Source of the DNA: Truepera sp.
GTDB lineage: Bacteria > Deinococcota > Deinococci > Deinococcales > Trueperaceae
Direction of reading: 5' to 3'
DNA length: 64,000 nt
Assembly (NCBI GenBank): GCA_965218435.1
Contig: CBDCKW010000009.1
Coordinates: 2,720,001-2,784,000 of the forward strand
The notes beneath the pieces were generated by a model. That model saw nothing but the letters and a program-made list of their open reading frames with translations. It was not told the origin of the DNA and did no database searches. Below, one piece after another: positions 29,816 to 41,275 of this stretch (positions are counted from its first letter, which is position 1; each line of letters begins with the position of its first letter). The position numbers and the translations under genes are program-made.

Positions 29816-30148
29816 TCACTTTTCCTCCAAAATGATGGTGATGTGGCTTGTACGTTTACGCATCAGGTCGGCGCGGCCACGGGCGCGCGGCAAGTAGCGT
29901 TTGATCACTGGACCCTCGTCAACCATGATCTTTGACACGACGAGGCTGTCTTCAAACATATCGTGGTTGTTGACCGCATTGGCTTTGGCGCTGCGCAAAA
30001 GTTTAAGCATCGGCGCGGCTGAGCTGCGCGGCGTAAACCGTAAGATGCTCTCGGCCTCGGTCACCGCTTTACCACGGATCAGGTCGGCGACGAGGCGCGT
30101 TTTTTGCGGCGTGACGCGGAGCATGGTGAGTTGCGCTTTCGCTTCCAC
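29816..30148 (-). CDS. rplV: 50S ribosomal protein uL22
   Basis: SAKANAVNN, PRARGRA, TSHIT. Confidence 0.98.
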   Translation of the reverse strand: MEAKAQLTMLRVTPQKTRLVADLIRGKAVTEAESILRFTPRSSAAPMLKLLRSAKANAVNNHDMFEDSLVVSKIMVDEGPVIKRYLPRARGRADLMRKRTSHITIILEEK

Positions 30149-30414
30149 TACTTGCGGTTCCCGGCGTGAATACGGAAAGTACGCGTCGGTGAAAACTCGC
30201 CGAGTTTGTGGCCGACCATATTCTCTTGAATAAAGACCGGTACGTGCTGTTTGCCGTTATGCACGCCGATAGTCAACCCGATCATTTCGGGCACGATGGT
30301 GCTGCGGCGGCTCCAGGTGCGGATGACCTTGCGGTCATTTTTATCGTTAGCGACGTCGACTTTATCGAGCAAGTGATCGTCCACAAACGGGCCTTTTTTC
30401 ATGCTGCGTCCCAT
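30148..30414 (-). CDS. rpsS: 30S ribosomal protein uS19
   Basis: KKGPFVD, TWSRRS, GHKLGEF. Confidence 0.98.
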   Translation of the reverse strand: MGRSMKKGPFVDDHLLDKVDVANDKNDRKVIRTWSRRSTIVPEMIGLTIGVHNGKQHVPVFIQENMVGHKLGEFSPTRTFRIHAGNRK

Positions 30415-30416
30415 GA

Positions 30417-31250
30417 TTAGCTTCCTTTCCGGCGGCGCACGATAAAGCGTGACGAAACCTTGCGTTTGGTCCGGGTTTTAAGCCCCTTGGCTTGCTGACC
30501 CCACGGGCTCACAGGTGGCCGACCACTGCTCGAGCGCCCTTCCCCACCGCCGTGCGGGTGGTCCACCGGGTTCATCGCGCGGCCCCGCTGGTGCGGTTTG
30601 CGGCCCATCCAACGGGTACGGCCCGCTTTCCCGTAGATGACGTTTTTATGTTCGGCGTTGCCGACGGTGCCGACGGTCGCGTAGCATTCACCGTGAACAC
30701 GGCGCAGCTCACCCGAAGGCAGACGTAAGGTCACGTAGTTGCCGTCACGCCCCTGAAGCTGCACACTTGTTCCAGCACTCCGCGACAACTGCGCACCTTT
30801 ACCGGGCACGAGTTCAACGTTATGAACGACCGTTCCGACCGGGATAAAGCGAAGGGGTAGGGCGTTGCCTAAAATCGGCTCAGCTTCCGGCCCAGCGACG
30901 ATATGACTGCCGACCACAAGGTTTTCCGGCGCGAGGATATAACGCTTCTCGCCGTCAACGTAGTTCAGAAGCGCGATGCGGGCACTGCGGTTCGGGTCGT
31001 ATTCAACCGTCGCAACTTTAGCGGGTACACCCTCTTTGTCGCGGCGGCGAAAGTCGATCACGCGGTAACGGCGTTTGTGACCGCCGCCCCGAAACCGTGA
31101 GGTGATGCGGCCCCGGTTGTTCCGGCCCCCGGTACGGCGCTGCGGCTCCAAGAGCGACTTTTCCGGCGTAGCGGTGGTGACTTCAGCAAAGTCCGAAGTC
31201 GTCATAAAACGTCTCGAGGGGGTATACGGACGGTATTTCTTAGTCGGCAT
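30417..31250 (-). CDS. rplB: 50S ribosomal protein uL2
   Basis: [27 protein letters not shown]. Confidence 0.99.
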   Translation of the reverse strand: MPTKKYRPYTPSRRFMTTSDFAEVTTATPEKSLLEPQRRTGGRNNRGRITSRFRGGGHKRRYRVIDFRRRDKEGVPAKVATVEYDPNRSARIALLNYVDGEKRYILAPENLVVGSHIVAGPEAEPILGNALPLRFIPVGTVVHNVELVPGKGAQLSRSAGTSVQLQGRDGNYVTLRLPSGELRRVHGECYATVGTVGNAEHKNVIYGKAGRTRWMGRKPHQRGRAMNPVDHPHGGGEGRSSSGRPPVSPWGQQAKGLKTRTKRKVSSRFIVRRRKGS

Positions 31251-31252
31251 CT

Positions 31253-31540
31253 CTATACCAGCCCTTCAAGCTGCTGAATCCGTTGACCTGCGCGGAGCGT
31301 GACCATCGCTTTTTTGCGTTTTGGCCGGAGCCCACGGTAACGGCCCATCGTCTTCTCTTTGCCGCGCACAGTGCTGAGGTTGAGCTTAACGACGCTCACG
31401 CCAAAAACGAGTTCGACGGCATCTTTGATCTGGGTACGGTTCGCGTTTGGGTGAACGTAAAACACGTACTTGCTCGCCTCAATGCCCGTCAGGGCTTTTT
31501 CGCTCAGGACGGGGCGCAAGATCACATCATGCGGGTTCAT
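31253..31540 (-). CDS. rplW: 50S ribosomal protein uL23
   Basis: PVLSEK, KKAMVTL. Confidence 0.97.
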   Translation of the reverse strand: MNPHDVILRPVLSEKALTGIEASKYVFYVHPNANRTQIKDAVELVFGVSVVKLNLSTVRGKEKTMGRYRGLRPKRKKAMVTLRAGQRIQQLEGLV

Positions 31541-32142
31541 GCGGCCTCCTCTTCAGCTTGTACGTCTTCAAAAATAGCGGCGTCGGCAACGATATGGTCG
31601 TAGCGCAAAATGTCGTAGACGTTAAGCGCGTGGCCGGGTAAAACGCCGACCCAAGGCAGGTTGCGCGCGGCGCGGCGAACGAGTTCATCGTCAGTAACGA
31701 GCAGCACGCGCTCGTTACCACTAAACCCATTGTCTTTGGCCCACGAGACAAACTCTTTGGTTTTGCCACCGATGCCGAACGACTCGACGAGCGTGAGCTT
31801 GCTGTCGTTCGCACGGGCGGCGAGCGCCATGCCGAGTCCCAAACGGCGGACGCGCTTCGGGAGTGAGTAGCCGTAGTCACGAGGTTGTGGCCCAAACGCG
31901 ATGCCCCCGCCGACAAAGATCGGCGCTTTATACGAGCCGTGCCGTGCGGCACCTGTTCCTTTTTGGGGGCGGCTTTTCGCCGTCGTACCGGAAACAGTGC
32001 CGCGCGTTTTGGTCGCGGCGGTTCCGCGGCGGCGTTTGGAAAGTTGCCATGAGACAACTTCGTGCAACACCGCTTCTTTAGGTTCAGGCAGCTCGAGCGT
32101 CACTTTACGCTCTGAACCGATCACATCGAGAGTCACAGCCAT
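31537..32142 (-). CDS. rplD: 50S ribosomal protein uL4
   Basis: QKGTGAARHG, GGGIAFGPQPR. Confidence 0.98.
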   Translation of the reverse strand: MAVTLDVIGSERKVTLELPEPKEAVLHEVVSWQLSKRRRGTAATKTRGTVSGTTAKSRPQKGTGAARHGSYKAPIFVGGGIAFGPQPRDYGYSLPKRVRRLGLGMALAARANDSKLTLVESFGIGGKTKEFVSWAKDNGFSGNERVLLVTDDELVRRAARNLPWVGVLPGHALNVYDILRYDHIVADAAIFEDVQAEEEAA

Positions 32143-32762
32143 TACGACGCCTTCCTCTGCGAATCTTTGACGATGACCAGACCACCGTTTGCACCGGGAA
32201 TCGCGCCTTTGATGAGAAGCAAATTCTCGTCGGGGCGAATCTCGAGGAGCTCGAGGCCGACCGTCGTCACCCGTTCGTTACCGTACTGTCCGGCCATCTT
32301 TTTACCCTTGTAAACGCGGCCCGGAAACTTACGCTGACCAATAGACCCCGGCGCACGGTGCTTTTTCTTAACGCCGTGCGACGCGGGCATCCCGGCGAAG
32401 TTCCAGCGTTTCATTACGCCAGTCATACCGCGGCCTTTGGTGGTACCCGTCACATCAACTCTTTGACCCGCTTCGAAAATCTCAACCGTGACGCTGTCGT
32501 CTTCAGGCGCGTAATCACGAAACTCGAGCAGTGTTTTTTGCGCGCCTACACCAGCTTTTTTGGCGTGGCCCAACTCGGGCTTGTTCGCCACTTTGGGTCG
32601 CTTTTCCGACCAACCGAGCTGAACGGCGCTGTAGCCGTCCGTCTGCGGCGTTTTACGTTGCACAACCGGGCAGGGGCCTGCGAGTACGACAGTTACCGGG
32701 ATCAGCCGGTCTCCCTGCCATACTTGCGTCATCCCCACCTTGGTGCCTAAAATTCCTTTCAC
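32142..32762 (-). CDS. rplC: 50S ribosomal protein uL3
   Basis: [20 protein letters not shown]. Confidence 0.98.
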   Translation of the reverse strand: MKGILGTKVGMTQVWQGDRLIPVTVVLAGPCPVVQRKTPQTDGYSAVQLGWSEKRPKVANKPELGHAKKAGVGAQKTLLEFRDYAPEDDSVTVEIFEAGQRVDVTGTTKGRGMTGVMKRWNFAGMPASHGVKKKHRAPGSIGQRKFPGRVYKGKKMAGQYGNERVTTVGLELLEIRPDENLLLIKGAIPGANGGLVIVKDSQRKAS

Positions 32763-33082
32763 TACCGGCCTCCGACTGTCTTGATCTCGATATCAACCCC
32801 CGTCGGGAGGTCTAGGTGCATCAGGCTGTCTATAGTGCTTTTCGTCGGGGTTTTAATATCGATCAGCCGGTTGTGGGTGCGGATTTCAAAGTGTTCTCTC
32901 GAGTCTTTATCAACAAAAGGGCTGCGGAGCACACAGAAACGGCGGATACGCGTCGGGAGCGGCACAGGGCCAGCTACCTTCGCACCGGTACGTTTAACCG
33001 TATCAACAATCTTAGTTGCCGACGAATCCAAACTACGGTGGTCAAACGCCCGGAGTTTGATCCGAATACGAGGGGACGCCAT
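32762..33082 (-). CDS. rpsJ: 30S ribosomal protein uS10
   Basis: [25 protein letters not shown]. Confidence 0.98.
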   Translation of the reverse strand: MASPRIRIKLRAFDHRSLDSSATKIVDTVKRTGAKVAGPVPLPTRIRRFCVLRSPFVDKDSREHFEIRTHNRLIDIKTPTKSTIDSLMHLDLPTGVDIEIKTVGGR

Positions 33083-34299
33083 TACTTGGTCACCTGACTA
33101 ACGACACCAGCTCCAACGGTTCTGCCCCCTTCACGAATGGCAAAGCGCAAGCCCTCTTCCATCGCAATGGGTTTGATCAGGTCCACGTCTAACTCGATGT
33201 TGTCGCCCGGCATCACCATCTCCACGCCGTCAGGCAAGGTGCACACCCCGGTGACGTCGGTGGTGCGGAAGTAAAACTGCGGCCGGTAGCCGGTAAAGAA
33301 CGCGCTGTGCCGTCCGCCTTCTTCTTTTTTCAAGATGTACACCGAGCCCTTAAAGCCCGTGTGCGGGGTGATCGAGCCAGGCTTGGACAAGACCTGCCCA
33401 CGTTCGATGTCGTCACGTTGCACCCCCCGGAGCAAGACGCCGACGTTATCCCCGGCAATCCCGGAGTCGAGCGTTTTCCGGTGCATCTCGACGCCGGTTA
33501 CGATGCTCTTGCGGGTGTCCGTCAGACCGACAATCGCAATCTCTTCGCCGGTTTTAACCTGACCACGTTCGACCCGGCCGGTGGCGACTGTGCCGCGGCC
33601 GGTAATGGTAAACACGTCTTCTACCGGCATCAAGAAGGGGCGGTCGATGTCGCGTTCGGGGGTAGGGATGTACGAGTCAACGGCGTCTAAGAGTTCCCAG
33701 ATATGATCCACCCATTCGTTTTCGCCGCGTTGGGTGTTAGGGTTGGCGGTCAGGGCGTCCAAGGCTTTAAGGGCGGAGCCTTTGATCACCGGGATGTCGT
33801 CGCCGGGAAAGTCGTAAGACGACAAGAGCTCACGGACTTCCATCTCAACGAGTTCTAACAGTTCTTCGTCGTCGACCATATCGGTCTTGTTCATAAACAC
33901 GACGATGTACGGCACGCCGACCTGACGGGCCAACAAGATATGTTCTCTCGTTTGCGGCATCGGGCCGTCGGCGGCTGAAACGACCAAGATCGCGCCGTCC
34001 ATCTGGGCGGCTCCGGTAATCATGTTCTTCACGTAGTCGGCGTGACCGGGGCAGTCCACGTGCGAGTAGTGCCGCGCGGCTGTTTGGTACTCGACGTGCG
34101 AGGTGTTGATCGTAATGCCGCGAGCTTTCTCTTCGGGCGCTTTGTCGATCATGTCGTACGAGAGGGTCTCGATCGTCGGATCGGACGCTGCTGCCGTAAA
34201 CGTAATCGCTGCGGTGAGGGTGGTCTTGCCGTGGTCGACGTGCCCCACTGTCCCAATATTCACGTGCGGCTTAGTCCGCGTAAAGGTCGCTTTTGCCAT
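33082..34299 (-). CDS. tuf: Elongation factor Tu
   Basis: [27 protein letters not shown]. Confidence 0.99.
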   Translation of the reverse strand: MAKATFTRTKPHVNIGTVGHVDHGKTTLTAAITFTAAASDPTIETLSYDMIDKAPEEKARGITINTSHVEYQTAARHYSHVDCPGHADYVKNMITGAAQMDGAILVVSAADGPMPQTREHILLARQVGVPYIVVFMNKTDMVDDEELLELVEMEVRELLSSYDFPGDDIPVIKGSALKALDALTANPNTQRGENEWVDHIWELLDAVDSYIPTPERDIDRPFLMPVEDVFTITGRGTVATGRVERGQVKTGEEIAIVGLTDTRKSIVTGVEMHRKTLDSGIAGDNVGVLLRGVQRDDIERGQVLSKPGSITPHTGFKGSVYILKKEEGGRHSAFFTGYRPQFYFRTTDVTGVCTLPDGVEMVMPGDNIELDVDLIKPIAMEEGLRFAIREGGRTVGAGVVSQVTK

Positions 34300-34330
34300 G
34301 CTTTTTGTCTCCTAAAACTGTATGTACGTG

Positions 34331-34359
34331 TCGAGGTGACGTCAGCAACGTCACCTCGA
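34331..34359. other. Perfect 12-bp hairpin between fusA and tuf (no U-tract)
   Basis: TCGAGGTGACGT-CAGCA-ACGTCACCTCGA. Confidence 0.8.
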
Positions 34360-34365
34360 GCCAAA

Positions 34366-36438
34366 CTACTTCTTGGTGAGTTCTTCCTGAATGTTGCGCG
34401 GAACTTGCGCGTAGTGGTCTAACACCATGCTGAAGGTTGCGCGGCCTTGTGTGAGGCTGCGGAGGTCGGTCGCGTACCCGAACATCTCCGAAAGCGGGAC
34501 GTGCGCACTGATGACCTGCGCGTTGCCGCGTGGCTGCATCCCCTGAATCTGACCACGGCGCGAGTTGAGGCTACCGATCGCGTCACCCATGTAGTTTTCG
34601 GGGGTCACGACCTCAACGCTCATGACGGGCTCGAGCACCGCTGGGCCACCCTTACTCATCACTTCTTTAATCGCCATTGACGCCGCAATCTTAAAGGCCA
34701 TTTCGGATGAGTCAACTTCGTGGTACGAACCGTCGTAGACGCTGACCTTCATGTCTACAATGGGAAAGCCCAACAGCGGCCCGTTTTGCATCGCTTCTTC
34801 CACGCCTTTTTGCACGGCGGGAATGTATTCACGGGGGATTGTCCCACCGACAACGGCGTTTTCAAACTCGAAACCGCTACCACGCTCGAGCGGCTCTGCC
34901 TTGAGGCGCACGTCACCGTACTGACCCCGGCCACCCGACTGCCGGACGAACTTGCCCTGCACATCAACCGGACGGGTGATGGTTTCGCGGTAAGCGACCT
35001 GCGGCGCACCGACGGTCGCGCTGACATTGAACTCGCGGCGGAGGCGGTCAACGATGATCTCCAGGTGAAGCTCGCCCATCCCCGAAATCGTAGTTTGGCC
35101 GGTTTCCGGGTCGGTTTCAACGCGGAAGGTCGGGTCTTCTTCAGCCAGCTTGACCATGCCGTTCGAGAGCTTGTCCTGGTCGGCTTTGGACGAAGGCTCG
35201 ATGGCGACGGTGATGACCGGTTCGGGGAATTCCATACGCTCGAGGATAATCGGTGAGTCCGAATCCGCGAGCGTGTCGCCGGTCGTGGTGTCCTTTAGAC
35301 CGATAATCGCCCCTAGGTCACCGGCACCGATACGCTCGATCTCTTCACGGTTGTTCGAGTGCATCTTAAGGAGACGCCCGACGCGTTCCTTTTTACCCTT
35401 CGAGACGTTGTAGATATACGAACCCGATTCCAAAACGCCCGAGTAAACACGCACAAAGGTCAAACGGCCCACGTAGGGATCAGTAGCGATCTTAAAAGCG
35501 AGCGCGGAGATCGGTCCGTTTTCGTCCGCAGCACGCGTATCTTCCTTTTCTGAATCGGGCAAGATGCCGCGAATCGGCGGTACGTCCAGCGGGCTCGGCA
35601 GATAGTAGGTCACGGCGTCTAACAGACGTTGTACGCCCTTATTTTTAAGTGCTGAACCACACAAGACCGGATAGTGCCTAAGCGAAACGACACCTTCACG
35701 GATCGCCGCCTTGACCACGTCGCCGGGAATCTCTTCACCCTCGAGGTAGAGCATCGCCAGATCGTCGGAAATGTCCGCGAGTTTCTCGAGCATGAGGCCG
35801 CGTTTTTCTTCGGCGATGTCGGCGTACTCGGCGGGGATGTCCGATTCTTCGATATTCTGACCTAAATCGTCCAGATAGGTGAAGGCCCGCATCTCAACGA
35901 GGTCAATAATGCCTTTGAACGAATCTTCTTGACCCATCGGCCACTGAATCGGCACGGCGTTCGCCCCAAGGCGCTCTTCCATCGAAGTCAGTACGAGCTG
36001 AAAGTCTGCGCCGGTTTTGTCCATCTTGTTTGCAAACGCGAGGCGCGGAACGCGGTACTTGTCGGCTTGCCGCCAGACGGTTTCAGATTGCGGCTCGACC
36101 CCTTGTGACGCGTCGAACACAGCGACAGCGGCGTCAAGCACCCGCATCGAACGCTCGACTTCCATCGTAAAGTCTACGTGTCCGGGGGTGTCAATGATGT
36201 TAATCCGGTAATCTTTCCAAAACGCCTGCGTCACCGCCGACGTAATGGTGATCCCGCGTTCGCGCTCCTGCTCCATCCAGTCCATCGTAGCTGCGCCTTC
36301 GTGAACTTCGCCGGTTTTATGAATCCGGCCGGTGTAGAACAAAATACGCTCGGTCAGGGTCGTTTTACCCGCGTCAATGTGCGCGGCGATCCCAATATTT
36401 CGCGTCATGTTCAGGTCAATGCCTGTTTTGGTTGCCAT
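34366..36438 (-). CDS. fusA: Elongation factor G
   Basis: [24 protein letters not shown]. Confidence 0.99.
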   Translation of the reverse strand: MATKTGIDLNMTRNIGIAAHIDAGKTTLTERILFYTGRIHKTGEVHEGAATMDWMEQERERGITITSAVTQAFWKDYRINIIDTPGHVDFTMEVERSMRVLDAAVAVFDASQGVEPQSETVWRQADKYRVPRLAFANKMDKTGADFQLVLTSMEERLGANAVPIQWPMGQEDSFKGIIDLVEMRAFTYLDDLGQNIEESDIPAEYADIAEEKRGLMLEKLADISDDLAMLYLEGEEIPGDVVKAAIREGVVSLRHYPVLCGSALKNKGVQRLLDAVTYYLPSPLDVPPIRGILPDSEKEDTRAADENGPISALAFKIATDPYVGRLTFVRVYSGVLESGSYIYNVSKGKKERVGRLLKMHSNNREEIERIGAGDLGAIIGLKDTTTGDTLADSDSPIILERMEFPEPVITVAIEPSSKADQDKLSNGMVKLAEEDPTFRVETDPETGQTTISGMGELHLEIIVDRLRREFNVSATVGAPQVAYRETITRPVDVQGKFVRQSGGRGQYGDVRLKAEPLERGSGFEFENAVVGGTIPREYIPAVQKGVEEAMQNGPLLGFPIVDMKVSVYDGSYHEVDSSEMAFKIAASMAIKEVMSKGGPAVLEPVMSVEVVTPENYMGDAIGSLNSRRGQIQGMQPRGNAQVISAHVPLSEMFGYATDLRSLTQGRATFSMVLDHYAQVPRNIQEELTKK

Positions 36439-36483
36439 AATCTCTCCTGTAGTTCAAGCAGCACTTGCCGCTGAGCAGAGGTC

Positions 36484-36556
36484 AGCGCCTAGAACGCTGT
36501 TGCCTCGAGGGTAGCGCCGGAGACGCTGTTGCCTCGAGCTTAGCGTCATGGACGCC
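36484..36556. repeat. 2.5 tandem copies of a 29-bp hairpin-containing unit in the rpsG-fusA spacer
   Basis: AGCGCCTAGAACGCTGTTGCCTCGAGGGT / AGCGCCGGAGACGCTGTTGCCTCGAGCTT / AGCGTCATGGACGCC. Confidence 0.8.
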
Positions 36557-36568
36557 TTCAGCTCACTT

Positions 36569-37039
36569 TTACCAACGGTAATGCGCGTAAGCGCGGTTCG
36601 CTTCGGCCATCCGCTCGACGTCGTCTTTTTTCTTGACGGCCCCACCCCGGCCTGCGGCGGCGTCTAAAAGCTCACCGGCGACGCGTTCAACGGCGGTGCG
36701 TTCGGGACGCGCGTTTGACGCAGCAACGAGCCAGCGAAGGGCTAAAGACTGGGCGCGGCGCGGCGCGACTTCGATAGGAACCTGATAGGTGGCCCCACCG
36801 ACGCGGCGGCTTTTCACTTCGATTCGGGGTTTAATATTGTCTAGCCCTTGACGAAAAACCTTGAGCGGTTCTTGCCCACTGCGGTCTTGGATCAAGCGGC
36901 ACGCACCGTAAAAAATGCGGCTAGCCAGGTTCTTTTTGCCGTCACGCATCAACTTATTGACGAACGCCGTCACGGTCGTGTCGCTGTAAACGAGGTCGGG
37001 CTCGAGGCGGCGGATTTCAGCTCTTCTTCTACGTCCCAT
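36569..37039 (-). CDS. rpsG: 30S ribosomal protein uS7
   Basis: RRVGGATYQVP, MAEANRAYAHYRW. Confidence 0.98.
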   Translation of the reverse strand: MGRRRRAEIRRLEPDLVYSDTTVTAFVNKLMRDGKKNLASRIFYGACRLIQDRSGQEPLKVFRQGLDNIKPRIEVKSRRVGGATYQVPIEVAPRRAQSLALRWLVAASNARPERTAVERVAGELLDAAAGRGGAVKKKDDVERMAEANRAYAHYRW

Positions 37040-37042
37040 ATC

Positions 37043-37444
37043 CTACTTCGCTTTCGGTTTCTTCGTACCGTATTTGCTACGGCCCTGGTTACGCTGAACA
37101 TAGCGGCCAACCCCGACACCCTGAGCGTCAAGTGCGCCGCGAACGATGTGGTAACGCACGCCCGGCAGGTCCTTCACACGGCCGCCGCGGATTAACACGA
37201 CCGAGTGCTCTTGTAAGTTGTGTTTTTCACCCGGAATATAGGCGGTCACTTCAGCGCCGTGCGAAAGGCGAACACGCGCGATTTTACGGAGCGCCGAGTT
37301 GGGCTTTTTCGGAGTCTGCGTTTTAACTACGGTGCAAACACCACGGCGCTGCGGGCTCCCCTTAAGGGCTGGAACTTTATTTTTCTTCGGGAGCGCCTTG
37401 CGCCCTTTGCGCAGGAGTTGGTTAACAGTTGGCAGAGCAATCAC
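37043..37444 (-). CDS. rpsL: 30S ribosomal protein uS12
   Basis: [22 protein letters not shown]. Confidence 0.98.
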   Translation of the reverse strand: MIALPTVNQLLRKGRKALPKKNKVPALKGSPQRRGVCTVVKTQTPKKPNSALRKIARVRLSHGAEVTAYIPGEKHNLQEHSVVLIRGGRVKDLPGVRYHIVRGALDAQGVGVGRYVQRNQGRSKYGTKKPKAK

Positions 37445-37622
37445 GTCCTCTCAGGTCTTACCTGGTTGCGAGCTTGGGTAAGCTGCAAGGTTGTCTTAGT
37501 GTGGTGGGCGGCAAACGTAGCGGAGCTACATAACGTGGCTACAAAGGCGTTACGGAAACTGGCTGCACACGACAAAACTGCTCCCAGACCCAACGCTGCG
37601 GGTTAGGGAGTTCAAACACTCA

Positions 37623-37652
37623 AGTATAGCCGCGCGGCAAGTGAAAAATCAA
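37623..37652 (-). promoter_or_regulatory. Putative promoter of the str superoperon
   Basis: TTGATT-N18-TATACT on the minus strand, about 175 nt upstream of rpsL. Confidence 0.6.
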
Positions 37653-37835
37653 CCCTGGGACAACATCTATACTCGGTAGTCCTAAACGTAACGAAGCGAA
37701 AGGGGTTAGCTACCGCTAAGGACGTAAGTGTCGGCTGCTCTAAAAGTTGCTCAGAATCAGTAGGCAATTGTCAAGAAGATAACCGCACAGCAAAAGTTAA
37801 GAAACGCTTCAGCTTTAGAGTCTAAGCTGCCGGTT

Positions 37836-38204
37836 GTGATTAAGCCCCATTCCATTTTACTTTTAAGCGCAGGTTTGGCGTTGTGCGCTGCTATTTTTCT
37901 GAACCTCGCCCACCATGAACCCAAAGCTGCCCTTGCTGCTGGTTACGCCCTGCTTGCCGGGATAACCTCGTTGGCGCTCTACCTGAGCAGTCGCCAAACA
38001 GCCCGCACGCTCAGTACAAAAGCGTTCGGTACAAAAGAAGCTGACATCCAAACACCGCAGACCTTGGAAGTGAGAAAGACTCAATCTTTAGCGCAGCTAG
38101 ACAAGCGCACAGCTCAGCGTCAAGCAGATAAGGACGTCAGTAGACCTTCAAGCAAAGAAGCCAGCCGTTACGAACCGCGTTATACCAACCACAGCCGCGC
38201 GTAA
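37836..38204 (+). CDS. Hypothetical protein with two N-terminal TM helices
   Basis: 122-aa ORF; TAAGCT 7 nt upstream of the GTG. Confidence 0.55.
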   Translation: MIKPHSILLLSAGLALCAAIFLNLAHHEPKAALAAGYALLAGITSLALYLSSRQTARTLSTKAFGTKEADIQTPQTLEVRKTQSLAQLDKRTAQRQADKDVSRPSSKEASRYEPRYTNHSRA

Positions 38205-40123
38205 GGGGGCAGCTCGAGCCCCCCGCCCTGCGGCGCAACCCGGTGTCCGGTCAATTGGTCGGTTAGCTCAGTAAACGCGTAAGGACCGAGTGCGCTGACC
38301 GGCAATATCTGCGTCTGTTCGGTAAAGTTGTAGACGCAGAGCAGCGTTCCGAGCGGATGCGGCCGAACATAGGCAAGAAAGGGGTGCGGCACGTCTAAGA
38401 TTTCGGTTTGATAACCCGCGTGAAGCTGCGGCGTGTGGCGGCGAACACGGACCAAATGGGCAACCCCGGCAAAGACTCGAGCCTCAGGCGTCCCGGCCTC
38501 GAAACGCCGCTCGGCCCGTTTCCAGTCCATGTACGGTCGGTGGACCCAGCGGTTGTCGTCCCGAGTATCCGGGTTTTCCGTAAAGGTGTAGTTGTTTAGG
38601 AGCCCTAGTTCATCGCCCATATAGAGGAGCGGCACCCCGCCAAAGCCGAGCATCATGGCAAACCCCAACAAAATGCGCTCGAGGCTGAGGTCAACGCCGT
38701 GGGCGTCGTCTCGGGCGAGGGCTTGCTCGAGCCCCGCCAGACTTGCCAAGGTTCCCGAAATCCGCCGGTCGTTCGTCGCCGGATTGTACTGAAACACCTC
38801 GCCGACCGCGTGTGAACCTGGAAACATCCCCGAATAATAATCAGACAAAAAGCTGCGGTGCGCCGCGCCGTCTAAATTAACCGCCGCCGCGTCTTCGTCG
38901 GTCACGGCCCAACCGATGTCGTCGTGACAGCGGATATAGGTCGCCCACGCCGTATTGGGCGGTGTCGGCGGGAAACCCCTTAGAACGTGCGCCATTAGCC
39001 CCGTATCCCAACTTGCCAAAGATGACCAAAACTGCACCATCAGCGAGTTGTGATACGCCAAATTCGAGACCTTACCAAAGTGCGACCCGGTGCCGAAATA
39101 CTGCACCAAGTCCGCCGGTGAGACGATCGCTTCGGCTTTGTGAATTACAGCCGGAGCCACGATCTTTGAGCACGCCCGGAGCGCCTGCAAAAGCATATGC
39201 ACTTCGGGTTGATTTTGCGAGTTCGTCCCGAGCCGTTTCCACATAAACGCCACCGCGTCGAGGCGAAAAACCTCAACACCCCGGTTGGCAAGAGTCAGAA
39301 GGATGCTGGTGACCTCTAAAAACACGTCCGGATTCGTATAGTTGAGGTCCCACTGGTAGGTGTTAAAAGTCGTCCAGACCCAACGCTCCATCTCCGGCAC
39401 ATAAGAGAAGTTGCCGGGCGCAAAGTCGGGAAAAACTTCGGGCAGCGTCCGTTCAAATTGGTCGGGAACGGTTCGCTCAGGATAGGTATAAAAATAGGCT
39501 TGATAATGTGGGTCGCCCTGTTTGGCAGCTTCAGCCCATCTATGCGTATCGGCGCAGTGGTTGAGCACAAGGTCTAAACAGAGACTGATGCCGGAGCCGC
39601 GCAGCGTAGCACAAAGAGCCTCGAGGTCGTCTACCGTGCCTAGACTGGGTTGCACTGCCAAGTAGTCTTCAACCGCGTAACCACCGTCGTTCTCCCCCGC
39701 TCTGGTCTTTAAGACCGACATCAGGTGCAGATAGCTTACGCTCAGCTCTGCTAAATAGTCTAAATGCTCGGCGACGCCCGTCAGATTCTGCGCGAACCGC
39801 TCGGCGTAGGCGACGTAACCGATCATGGTCTCACGCTGAAACCAGTCGGGGGTCAGTTCACGCTCCAAATCGAGAACTTTGAGGGCTTCGGGGCGATCGC
39901 GGTAAAACTCCGCGAGTTTAAGAACAAGGCGAGCCAGCACCGCTTCAAACTCAGGCTTTGTACCGTAAAGAGGTTCCAACCCCTCGTAAAGATTGCCGAA
40001 CTGCCGCGCCAACCTCAACGTAAAAATTTGCTGATCACGTTGGGCCAAACCCTCGAGGACTTTATCAAGTTGAACCGTCTCGAGCAGACGCTCTAAAACG
40101 GCTTGAACCTCAGCCGAACGCAC
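38180..40123 (-). CDS. Amylosucrase-like GH13 (subfamily 4) glucansucrase/sucrose hydrolase
   Basis: DGGYAV, RLDAVAFMWK, KAEAIV, YIRCHDDIGW, RISGTLASLAG, DNRWVHRP. Confidence 0.9.
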   Translation of the reverse strand: MRSAEVQAVLERLLETVQLDKVLEGLAQRDQQIFTLRLARQFGNLYEGLEPLYGTKPEFEAVLARLVLKLAEFYRDRPEALKVLDLERELTPDWFQRETMIGYVAYAERFAQNLTGVAEHLDYLAELSVSYLHLMSVLKTRAGENDGGYAVEDYLAVQPSLGTVDDLEALCATLRGSGISLCLDLVLNHCADTHRWAEAAKQGDPHYQAYFYTYPERTVPDQFERTLPEVFPDFAPGNFSYVPEMERWVWTTFNTYQWDLNYTNPDVFLEVTSILLTLANRGVEVFRLDAVAFMWKRLGTNSQNQPEVHMLLQALRACSKIVAPAVIHKAEAIVSPADLVQYFGTGSHFGKVSNLAYHNSLMVQFWSSLASWDTGLMAHVLRGFPPTPPNTAWATYIRCHDDIGWAVTDEDAAAVNLDGAAHRSFLSDYYSGMFPGSHAVGEVFQYNPATNDRRISGTLASLAGLEQALARDDAHGVDLSLERILLGFAMMLGFGGVPLLYMGDELGLLNNYTFTENPDTRDDNRWVHRPYMDWKRAERRFEAGTPEARVFAGVAHLVRVRRHTPQLHAGYQTEILDVPHPFLAYVRPHPLGTLLCVYNFTEQTQILPVSALGPYAFTELTDQLTGHRVAPQGGGLELPPYARLWLV

Positions 40124-41275
40124 CTAGCTCGGCTCCAAGCCAGTCAGTTTACGGCGGACAGCCTGAACCTTTTCCGCTGCCGCTACCGGAGTTTCGGCCA
40201 GTGCTGTCAGATGCCCCATTTTACGGCCGGGGCGCGGGTCGGTTTTACCGTAAAGGTGGAGAAATACGCCCGGTTCTGCTAAAACCGCACGCCAATCAGG
40301 TTCACCACCTACCCACAGGTCGCCGAGCAGATTGGCCATCGCTGCCGGACGCTGCGTCGGGGTAAAGAGGGGCAACCCACACACCGCGCGAAGCTGCAGT
40401 TCAAACTGACTTATGTCACACGCTTCGATGCTCAGGTGTCCGGAGTTGTGCGGACGTGGGGCCAGTTCGTTGACGAGGAGCATTCCGTTTGTAAGAAAAA
40501 ACTCGGTGCAGAGCACGCCCACCACGTCTAAAGCTTCCATAATTTCGCAGGTCAGCTCTGCAGCACGTGTTGCTGTTGTAGCGGACACGTCGGCGGGGGC
40601 GAGCGAAACATCTAAGATGTGCCGGACGTGGCGGTTTTCAGGGGGGGCCAGGTGAACAAACGTGCCGTCTAAACCGCGTGCGCCGACGACCGACAGCTCC
40701 CGGTCAAAGGTAATAAACGCCTCTAAAATACATTCGCTGTCTAGTTCGGCAAATGCTGAGGTCGCCTCGGTGAGAGACTTAACGATTCGTTGCCCTTTGC
40801 CGTCGTAGCCGAACCCGGCTGTTTTGAGGACCGCCGGGGTGCCGAGTTCACGCAAGGCCAGCTCGAGTTCATCCGCTTTACGGATCGGCCTGAAGGGGGG
40901 CGTCGGCAAGCCCTGTTTGGCAAGAAACGTTTTTTCCCGGAGACGGTGCTGCGCGGTGTAGAGCGCCCGCCAACCGGGGCGCACGGGCGCGTAGATGGCG
41001 GCGGCCTCGAGCGCAGTGACCGGCACGTTTTCAAACTCGAGGGTGATCACATCAACTTCGCGGGCAAACGCGGCGACGGCCCCAAGGTCGGTATAGGCGG
41101 CGACGTGTTCAGAGTCGGCGACACTACCGGCGGGCGAGGCCGCTTCGGGTGAAAAGACCGAGACGCGGTAGCCCAACCGTTTGGCGACGAAGGCGAGCAT
41201 CCGCCCCAACTGGCCCCCACCAAAGATGCCCACCGTGCTACCGGGTAAAATAACCTTGGCCGCGTCTATACTCAC
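40124..41275 (-). CDS. purK: N5-CAIR synthetase
   Basis: [37 protein letters not shown]. Confidence 0.97.
   Translation of the reverse strand: MSIDAAKVILPGSTVGIFGGGQLGRMLAFVAKRLGYRVSVFSPEAASPAGSVADSEHVAAYTDLGAVAAFAREVDVITLEFENVPVTALEAAAIYAPVRPGWRALYTAQHRLREKTFLAKQGLPTPPFRPIRKADELELALRELGTPAVLKTAGFGYDGKGQRIVKSLTEATSAFAELDSECILEAFITFDRELSVVGARGLDGTFVHLAPPENRHVRHILDVSLAPADVSATTATRAAELTCEIMEALDVVGVLCTEFFLTNGMLLVNELAPRPHNSGHLSIEACDISQFELQLRAVCGLPLFTPTQRPAAMANLLGDLWVGGEPDWRAVLAEPGVFLHLYGKTDPRPGRKMGHLTALAETPVAAAEKVQAVRRKLTGLEPS

Noticed and set aside
36484..36556. Possible mini-CRISPR
   Set aside because: The units are contiguous with no unique spacers, and there are no cas genes in the window.
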